From Haliotis rubra (lineage: Eukaryota), in assembly GCF_003918875.1 (NCBI RefSeq), contig NW_025765670.1, positions 496,001-560,000 on the forward strand: a DNA stretch of 64,000 nucleotides. The letters are read 5' to 3'. Positions within the stretch are counted from its first letter, which is position 1. Every line of letters starts with the position of its first letter. Below are positions 54,634-64,000 of this stretch, one piece after another. Position numbers and translations under genes: made by a program. The notes under the pieces were generated by a model. That model was not told where the DNA came from, did not search any database, and saw only the letters and a program-made list of their open reading frames with translations.

Positions 54634-55439
54634 CAGCTTGTTTAAGTTGCGAAGCTTGTCTGTGATTTGTAAAATAACATGATAGTTCATGTGTCGATTT
54701 TACTTAAGAAATTGGAAGTTTCATTTTTCTGTAATTACATGAAATGTACAATGTTTGTTCAAACCTAAATCATGTTAATGTCCAATCATTTGAAGTTTGT
54801 TTAAATTGTCTTTTAATATATCATTCAAATGGTTAAAAGTATTATACGTACTGAAGTTATACAGGCATGATGAACATCACTGTTTAGAAATCGAGCTGTT
54901 TTGGGGCTGTTGGGGTAGCCTTGTGGTTAAACATCCACTTTGGTGACCCACATGGGTACAGTGTGTGGAGCCAGTTTCTTGCATCTTCCACAGCGTCATG
55001 TCATGCTTTATGAATAGATGTCTACCCATGCTTGGGTGTACATGACACCTCTGTGTGTGTAAAAGTTGGTAGACAATAGATGTTTTCATATGACCCATGT
55101 TTTTATATTCTGCAGTACTTTGCATATTTTGTAAATAATGTATGTAATGTTCATATTGTGCTTTTGGAATGTGAAAGTGTAATTATTAAATGAATACCTA
55201 GAAGAATTATTCCTTTTTTAATAAACATTCTTAAAGCATGCAACCACCACTGCCACCAAATCCCACATAAACTTTAAATTGATTAATGACTTGTGAGCAC
55301 CATACCCATATAGGAAGGCGTTTCCTATTCTCGCGGTACTTACAGATATCGGATGAAATAATAACACAAACAATTCTTACCATATGAAAGCTCATTGTTT
55401 TTACATGAAGGGCCTTCTCCTCTAACATCTACAGCAATC

Positions 55440-55869
55440 TAGTGGTGTTCCGATTAATTTTAAATAATCGAAGATTGGTCGCAGTGACCAAACAACCAAG
55501 CAATCAATCACAATTTCTCATAGTCGAACATAAACGATTTTGGAACTACCATTTAAGTCTTTGAAAAACTTGACAATGGAACATATCTCAGAAGTTGTCA
55601 GGGCCTGAAAACATGTTTAATTCTTAGAAAACTCACTTCACTAACTGAAAAGCCATGACTGAATGTTTCTCTAAGACTCCAGGAAGTTTATGTTCATGAT
55701 ATATTAGTCATCACTTTAAAGTAGCAAGTTGCAATCATTTTATACATATCTGCAATAACAAACTGGATAGGAAAATCTGAAAAATGACGCTAACCAATTT
55801 TTTTCGATGCTTGTTCGTTGCTAATGAAGCAATCATCAATTTTGAGATTTCAACCAATTCCCAACACTA
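55440..55869. mobile_element. hAT-type MITE (related to 44457, opposite orientation), present only in duplication copy 2
   Basis: TAGTG...CACTA termini, TSD CAGCAATC/CAGCCATC; empty site in copy 1 near 47835. Confidence 0.88.
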
Positions 55870-56978
55870 CAGCCATCAGCTGCCAGATCCATCAGGTGAA
55901 GTACCACTTTTGAGCCCGGTGATAAACAGTTCCACGCGCCATTGACGACATGAGGCAGTCACGTTACGGAGTTTTGATCACTAGCAGATTTAGGCCACTT
56001 CCTAGTTACCGTTCGGCAAAGTAAACAACAAGTAGGTGTCGCACATCAGCGATTTCGGTATAAAACACGTTTACCGCAAGAATAGGAGACGGAACTATAT
56101 GTGGGTCTGAGAACGGCATCAGTTAGGGAGTTCCTCCTACATTAAGCTGACATGGTTTGAAGTACAGTACCTGAAGTACTGTATTAACATGACACAGAGC
56201 CAGTAAACATTCAACATCTGAACTTAACTGCCTCATTCTAAATTTAAGTTGGAATTTTTCACTGTTGACTAAATCCAACAAACAAGTTTTAAGATAAACA
56301 TTTATTCTTTCGTAACAACCTACAGAGAAGACACTTGTAACTAACGGTACAAGATCAATCTGTGAAAAATAGCACATTCAACATCTTCACCAAGACAGTA
56401 TCCAAATAATAACCATTCATGAACATATATTTTACACGTCCTCACAACTCCTCTACATAATCTATGGTCAAACTAATTATGTTAGCTTGAGGATCCTTTT
56501 CATATCACTGATTGTAAAAGATGAAAGCAGGGGGCCCATGATTCGAATAATATAGAGAATTTTGTTTGGATTCAAGAAACTGAGACCTTACAAAGATAGC
56601 ATGATAAATGCAATCCTGGAGTTTCCACTCTAAAGACATGTTAGTGAAGTTTATTTCAGCACAATGGCCACAGGCCCATGTACACTTGACACATACATGA
56701 CACAATGGCAACTTTCAAGCTAGTCTAGTGAGCCAGATAAGTGTATGTAACCAGAGTTCCTTTTAACAGTATACAAAGTCAATGTATACAAGTTACAAGT
56801 GAGTACGGACTGAGAATGGTACAACAGCATACGTGAGAACAATTCACTCTGAAATCCATGATAATACCTTGGTCCACATTTGTACAAATATTGGACTGGG
56901 GATGTTGGTTTCTTTATGTCATCAATCACACTCTGGAACACATTCCACACACTGAAATACACAAGTCTTTGGGACACA

Positions 56979-57962
56979 TCACTTCCTCTTCATCGCTCTC
57001 TTTCCTTCTCCCTTCTTGGGCTTCACTTTCCCCCTCAGTGCCTTTAACCTTGTCATCTCCTCTTGAAAGTCTAAATGTTCATCCCTGGAAAAAGGACAAG
57101 ATTTGAAAACTTTGACAATGTTTTGTTACACAATATTTGTGACATCTGCTTTATGAGTAAAGATAGGCTCTCAGCATTATTCTAGCTATGTTACAGCAAT
57201 CTGAAAGTAATTGAGTCTGGTCAAGACAGTCAAGTGATTAACATAACGAGCATCAGTTTATGCAAATGGAATACAATATCAACTATCAATCGAGTGTGAC
57301 TTCCTGATTCCATTTAATCACCTCTTGCAACTCTTTAGTCTTTAAGACAATCATGGGTTGATGAAGACCCAATCTTCAAGGACATGCTGTATGACCATCT
57401 TAAGACGACCTGTACTCAATTTTCATCAAAGAACTGAATCCCCACCGTGATATCTCTGGAATATTGCTAAAAGCGGCTTAAAACTAAACTCACTCAAAGG
57501 ACTGAAATCATTGGTTACAGCATTGGCTAACAATTAGTCTCTGAAATGAACACATTTTACAGAAAAACATGGCTTCTAACTAACATTCAGAAAATATAAT
57601 AAAAAGTAGCCCAATTACTTTTTTCATTTTCAGCCTGAAACTGAGGTAATCTAGGCTTACCACACACTCTAGACACAAATGGGCTGTATTGATTGCATAT
57701 TTGTTTCCATGTCTGTATGACTGGCTAGTTACAGCGATTAAGGAACACTTTACCTAAACAAGCCGTGTTTCCTGAGTTTGATCATGAGACCGTTTGTGTC
57801 CTTGTACCGAGGGTAGTAGTTGACCACTTCTGGATTCAGATTGGGAGGGAGCTCCCTCATCAGCCTCACCACCTTCATGGACCGCAGACTGGTTGGACGA
57901 GCTACTTCACCAAAGATGCGAGCAGCCAGGTGACCCATTCGCTTTGCATAATTGGATGCCAT
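56979..57962 (-). CDS. MRPS33: Mitochondrial small ribosomal subunit protein mS33, copy 2, intact (exons 57962-57754, 57084-56979; 104 aa)
   Basis: Spliced frame reads MASNYAKRMGHLAARIFGEVARPTSLRSMKVV...GLFR/DEHLDFQEEMTRLKALRGKVKPKKGEGKRAMKRK*, the typical mS33 signature. Confidence 0.93.
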
Positions 57963-58539
57963 CAGGTCACCAACTCCTTCAAAAAGAATCACAAAAGTCA
58001 TATATGCTATCATATACTGGGGATTAATACCTGTCAATATGGTTTAACAAACATTTAATGCTTTTTGATGAGTTATTGAAGCACCATGGCATATGTACAA
58101 GAGATAAAATAACAGCCTGCAAATCTCATGTTGACTGTTTGGTCTGTTTAGGGGCCAAACTAAACATCGCAGAGTCAGAGTATCTTAAGTGTTGTTTATT
58201 TAAAACATTTCAGAGTGGTCCTTTAGACTACAACCCGTTTCACACATTCAAATTAAGATGACAGTTAGGAATCGATTACCCGCACGCACGCACGCACACG
58301 CCGGTTAAGCTCCTTAAATTGTTCAGAATATCATTACACAGGAAGTTTGTCATCGGACAGATGAAGATGATTCTTCGTTAAATCTTCGTGCCACGTGATA
58401 CTTGAGGTCTGGAAGCCTTTCGGCAACTCATACGCTTAAAGTGATAATTGGCAAAATTACAATAAACGCATCAAGTAACATACATACACCGTGACTTTCC
58501 AAAAGGTCAAAAGATATCAGCTCAAATTTTCCGCAGACA

Positions 58540-58710
58540 TGCTACCCGGAAGCGGAAATGCGAACAACATTTGGAAATACTTCTTGAAATAGGATTCATA
58601 TACACATTACGTAGAGTCATAATAAAATGTAATTGCATTATAGTTCGCTTTATAGTGACATTGACCAACAAATGATAATAAGATCCAAACAAATTCGCCA
58701 TCCTGTTGAA
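58540..58710. promoter_or_regulatory. Probable bidirectional MRPS33/DCLRE1B promoter with tandem ETS/GABP-like sites (duplicate at ~50565-50735)
   Basis: CCGGAAGCGGAAATG lies between divergent genes whose first coding exons each begin just after a splice acceptor, implying untranslated first exons here. Confidence 0.5.
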
Positions 58711-59899
58711 TTTTCTGCAACCGATAGGATGGTTTCGTTTCGTTTTTGATGTATTTCGAGAGAAACAGGGGAGATAACCAATTTAACACCAAGAGCGCGT
58801 AAATCAAGCTGTTCCCATTCAAAATGTTGCTACAACTGTTACGACTTGTTGCTGTATTTGCCTCCAATGAAAGGTATAACTTCAAGCAATAAAACCTATT
58901 CGAGCTTCCAATAAACACACCGCCCATCACGACATCTCTTCAATATTCCAAATCATTTAATGAATGGACGTTGAACTAGTCCTATTCTGTGATATGTATT
59001 CAGCTTGTTGCGGCAGTCTGTATGTGTATTGCCACTAACCGAATAACTTACAGTTTGTTTTATTGGTAAGATTTCCTCCCGTTCCCTCATCCTAAATAAT
59101 ATTGTATAAATATAAAATTATTAACAAAACTTAACACAACAATTACTAGAGAACTCACAAAATGACTAAAAGTCCAAAATTCAAGTCAGGGTTAGGTTTA
59201 GGGTTGGGGGAATGGAAGGAACTCTTTCCGCACAATAATAAAAAATTAAAGACAGTGATTGTATAATGTAATCATGTTAAAAGGACAAGATCTGCACCTG
59301 TCAGGTGTGAATTACATCAAATACTCAAAAGAATATTGCAAAACAGTTTAACTAATTTTAATATTAGGCATGTCACTGTACGTATTCATTATTATGCAGT
59401 ATTTTCATTGTGTCGGATGAATTGTTCAAAATAGGAGAAAGTGTTGCACAATGTAAAACCTTGACTCTACTGCGTTAACATTTTTTTATAAGTCATATAT
59501 AGCTGCCCTTTGGGGAAAGACTTCCGCCCGTATCCCCCCTTAAATTTCATGCTAGTCAAATCATATTACCTGAATATATATATTCCTCATCTGATAAGGA
59601 TGAGTTTTAATATGTTTCCTTAATTGTATCTGAACATACTGAAAGACATATCCAACTTCTAAAAATGCCACTCGAAGAAATTTGTCTCATCTTTAAAATT
59701 TAGGGGGGATACAGGCGGAAGTCTTACCCCCTTTGGTATGAAGGGTTTGTAATTCATATTTTTATGCATTATTGCAGTTGAGAATCTAAGGATGGAAAAT
59801 CTATCAATTTGCCTTAGAGTAATAATGTACTGACTTATTTTACAGACTGGAGGTGGGACAAGGTGAATGATACCATGGTGAATATAATGACCAGTCACA

Positions 59900-60325
59900 A
59901 TGAATGGCTGTATCATCCCCGGGACTGACATTGCAGTAGACTTTTGGAAGATTAGGAAAGAACCCACCTCTCATCTGACATTTTTCCTCACCCATCTCCA
60001 CGGTGACCATATTGTAGGTTTGACATCCTCATGGTCTCGTCCAATCTACTGCACAGAGGTCACTGCTCAACTGCTAGGGAAACGGCATGGCCTTCAACCC
60101 AAGTACCTCAGACCTCTGGAGGTGGGAGAATGTCACATGATCACAACCAGTGGGAAAATGGAGACTATTTGTGTGACAGTCATCGATGCCAACCACTGCC
60201 CTGGTGCGGCCATGTTTTTGTTTGAGGGAACTTTTGGCAAGATCCTACACACAGGGGATTTCAGGTAATACAGCCGTAACTTGTAGATGTAAGCTGTGTA
60301 ATACATCATGATTGGTTATAAACAC

Positions 60326-60387
<62 letters not shown>

Positions 60388-62991
60388 ATTGGCTCCGCCA
60401 ACGCAAAAAAAATCTTCAGTGTGGTCTAAAGTCATTTTCAAAAGGAGGGGTTCAAACCTCCTGAACCCCCCCTCTGGATCCGCCAATGAAAAGATGTTAG
60501 TGTTCTGCTAGGACTGCTGAACCTGGCGTAGATGTATATCACCATATCAGGTTGATAAATAAATGAATCAAAATTTAGAAAGTTTTTGAAAGCAGAATAC
60601 TGTTGGACATAAACAGTATTAAAGATAGCTGCTATATTTAGGTTCATTTCTCACATGGTCAAAACGTGTGAGGCCCCTTTCTGGAGTGCCCCCACCCTCC
60701 TTCATTGGTGATGTTGCCGAAATATGGTTAACAATGTCGTAAAACCAAACTCACTCACCATCTGAACAACATATGCCTCAGTAACTCAAAATATGCTTTC
60801 ATAATTATCTGTACAGAAACCATTTTTTACCTTGCTTTAGTTGTAATTTCTCTTCATGTTCACTTTTCAGATACCACCCTACCATGTTTTGCAAACCAAG
60901 CCCCCTGTTTCCTCACATTGAAAGTGTTGATGTCCTGTACATAGACAACACCTTCTGCAGCCCTGAATGCCTGTTTCCATCCGGGAAGAAGCTCGAGAGC
61001 AGATCCTGGACATCATCAGACAACATCCGGAATATGACATCATCATCGGGGTGAGGAAGCTGGGCAAGGAGGAGCTTCTGGTGTGGCTAGCAGAACAACT
61101 CAAGGAATGGATCTCCGTCAGTGGAGATATGTTTGTTCTAGCAGAAATCCTGAACCTACCAAGAGTGTTCCGGACTCAGGATCCATCCTGCAGGATCAGG
61201 ACTGTACCTTTCCAGATGCTGTGAACATGCAGAAGTGGAATGCCACCAAACAGACCATTGCAATTCTGCCAACTTCTATCTACACTGGCATAGGTGCACA
61301 ACCGTACGTGAATCAAGACAATGTCTTTGTTGTGCCCTATTCTGACCACAGTTCCTATAGAGAGCTTGTTGAGTTTGTATCCAAGTTGAAACCTGCTTCA
61401 GTGGTGCCAATCGTTCATGGAGATTCTAAAGGACCTTTCAATGTTTCTTTGCAATCTAGAGCAGATATGTCTGTATTTGATAAATATTGTCAAGCACAGT
61501 GTAACCAAAGGAGTTCTATAATGAGAGAAGTTCATGTTGAATGAGCTAGCTGATGTTGATCTCCATCATCAGGCAAGAAAACCAAGGCTAAAGAAACTAA
61601 GGTCAAATCCTCGTTTTAAGAAGAGCACACCACGGGGTGTAGAGTTTGAGTCATTAGATCTAGAAGTATCGGATTGTACAACTGGAACCGGTGCATCTGC
61701 TTCAGAGGTGTGGAACAAAACATCCAACAAACACAATGATGTTGAGGATGTGACAAAAGAAACCTTTAGTCCGAAGAAAGATAAATCAGGTATTAGTGAT
61801 ACTGATGGTGAAGGGTTTTGCAATGAAGATGTTTGTTCAATGAATGAAGTTCCAGGGTCACAAGGATTTGAAGCTTGTCATGTTATGTACCTACAACATA
61901 TGAAGGGGAGGTCTAAACAGGGAGGATGCAAGCAAGAGCTGGATGAAGGTCCTCCTTTTGCTTGTCAAGGAGTGAGATGCACTGTTGATGAGACAAATAA
62001 TAACAAAGGAGTTGATGTACATGAAGAAAACTGCACAGAGCTGCAGAAGGCTAAACCTTCATCAGGATGTGGGACACTAAGTAGTGGTGATGTTATGGAG
62101 TGCTTTGCATCTGAGCGTGACTTTGATGAAGCTGGGGAGGATGACCATCATGATGGCAAATCTTTTGGTCATACAGACCTGATTGAGAGGGATCTTCATG
62201 TAGGTCTTGATAGGGATGCAGAAGTTGTATTCCAGAATGACTTGCATGACAGTGAGCGTGACCTTTTCAAAAATGAGTGTGACTCACATGAGGGTCAGGA
62301 TGACCTATGTAAAGATGATCGCAACTCACATGAACGTGATAGTGACCGACGTAAAGATGTGGGTATAAATGACTCTGATCAGGATGGGATTGACCATCAT
62401 AAAGATGTGGCTGGGAGTGACTGTGATGAAGCTGAGCGTGATGTCATGTCTGTGTCGGAGTCTTCGCCAGATTGTAAATCAGCACACTCTGGTGATGCTT
62501 CTGGAGAGCAGAGTGAAAGTCAAGATGACTCCACCCCACACCAAGAACATGCATCGTCAGTGGGCACTTACAAGGACGCAAATCCATCAGTGTTGTCACT
62601 GGCTGGACATCTGTCCTCAGGGAAGACTTCCAAAACGACATCACATTCTGAATGCACGTCGACAGTGAGTGTGAAGAAGAGACAAAGATGTGTCTACAGT
62701 TTCAAAAGAAAACGTTCTTTCTGTCCCACTTCTGATGATGAGGTGAGAGACAGGGAGGAGGAAGTACGTGAGGATCAGATTAAAACTGTTTCCTCACCCC
62801 TCTCAAAAAGACAAAGATGTAACTCTAGCAGTGATACTGATAGGTCCTTTTCGATGGATCTCCAGTTGAGTTTGTCAGTGAAACGTGTGTTTGGTCACCC
62901 CTGTGATACTGTAGCTCAGTCAAAATACAATACCGTTTTATGTATACAGAAGTGGTTGGATCGTCACAGCTCACAGGGTGATGAGCAATGA
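59900..62991 (+). CDS. DCLRE1B: 5' exonuclease Apollo (SNM1B), copy 2; exons 59900-60264 and 60871-62991; three frameshifts as assembled (~60982, ~61221, ~61523)
   Basis: MBL/beta-CASP motifs: IAVDFW, THLHGDH, DANHCPGA, HTGDFRY, LYIDNTF, LGKEELL, IAILPT, VPYSDHSSY.EL..FV..LKP; long acidic C-terminal tail. Confidence 0.88.
60327..60386. repeat. (CA)n microsatellite (shorter, interrupted version at 52328-52390)
   Basis: Direct reading. Confidence 0.95.
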
Positions 62992-63732
62992 ACCCTGCAA
63001 CCTATATTACCTGTTTTGATGTGATTGAGGCCATAGTGCAATTTCAGGGGTTTTCAGTACCTGCACTAGGTGCAACCTGTGTAACACCTCCTTAGCTCTT
63101 GCGACAACATAAGGCAGCCATTTTTAATTATCACCAGTGCAGCTTGCAAATAGCAAAATTGCTCCCTGAAGGGTCAATGTAGAGTATTAACTGAGTCATG
63201 TGGAGATGTCATAGTGAACTGGACTGGACCCAAGACATGTTATCTTGTCTCAGTCAGTACTCATGCACTCAGGGATGGTGGGGTAGCCCAGTGGTTAATG
63301 TGTTTGCTCGTCACACCAAAGACCCGGGTTCGATTCCCCACATGCCCCCGCCGTGATATTGCGGGAATATTGCTTAAAGCAGTGTGAAGCTGAACTCATT
63401 TAATGCCCTCAGCCAGTGGTTTACTGATATGAATCTATACAGGTAATGGCTGTAAAACTTACTGTAGCATAAATCAATATGCATGTATTCACTCTCTCTC
63501 AGGTTTCAATAACAAACAAGAAAAGTTTAGACATTATACAACAAACAAATGATGCTGTTTCCAATTTACATAACAAAATAAAAAGACTTTTAATACCTGT
63601 CATGAGTATGTTATTCATCGGTTTGTCAGTTTGAGGTATTGATTCTTAAGGATTTGATGTTGAGCTATTTGTTGTGCAGATTTGAAAATTGCATCCTCTG
63701 GGCTCGGCAGAAACCTTTGCGTGTTCACAGTT

Positions 63733-63970
63733 ACCCATGAAAACCTGGGTTAGAATTGATCTTCAGTAACCCATGCTTGTCATGAGAGGCGATTGGGTGG
63801 TCAGGCTCGCTGACTTGGTTGACACATGTCATTGTATCCCAAATGCGTAGATCGATGCTCTCGCTGTTGATCACTGGATTGTCTGGCCCAGACTAGAATA
63901 TTTACAGACTGCCGCCATATAGCTGGAATATTGCTGAGTGTGGCGTTAAACAACAAACCAACCAACCAAT
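63733..63970 (+). mobile_element. SINE-like family B, near-full copy
   Basis: Colinear with 24114-24354, (ACCA)n tail. Confidence 0.85.
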
Positions 63971-64000
63971 CAAGTCATGGTTTGGCCTGATTATGTTACT

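Larger units (their letters stand above)
44873..60481. repeat. Tandem segmental duplication: copy 1 44873-52484, copy 2 52484-60481
   Basis: Colinear, high identity over ~7.6 kb. Junction reads CCCTCTGGATC-C-TAACTATACC. Confidence 0.95.

Noticed and set aside
60960-61560. Programmed ribosomal frameshifting or tiny introns in Apollo
   Set aside because: No slippery heptamers or GT-AG micro-introns at the shift points; sequence appears missing rather than extra.

Overview
Eukaryotic (animal) genomic DNA, AT-rich and intron-rich, with two N gaps (11179-11368, 24637-24794). The repeat landscape suggests a mollusc, possibly abalone; this is inference only. Manually spliced genes: (1) an intact 10-coding-exon clan-2 cytochrome P450, CYP17A1-like (minus, 18869->6398, 503 aa); (2) intronless mitochondrial EF-Tu, TUFM (minus, 30038->28638); (3) head-to-head with it, a 16-exon LRGUK (plus, 31506-47028); (4) MRPS33 (minus) head-to-head with (5) DCLRE1B/Apollo (plus). 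The block 44873-52484 is repeated in tandem at 52484-60481. It duplicates the last three LRGUK exons, MRPS33 and Apollo exon 1; both breakpoints lie at MITE ends and indels cluster near the junction, so it is either a haplotig/assembly artefact or a real duplication. Non-coding DNA holds tRNA-derived SINEs, a headless SINE-like family with a pseudoknotted 5' end (ribozyme candidate), hAT/Harbinger MITEs, an internally deleted Tc1, a Helentron-type element, LINE remnants, several minisatellites and a near-perfect 138-bp palindrome. No prokaryotic-type system or CRISPR array. I see no clearly new multi-gene system; the best leads are the structured-RNA retroelement and the atypical EF-Tu.
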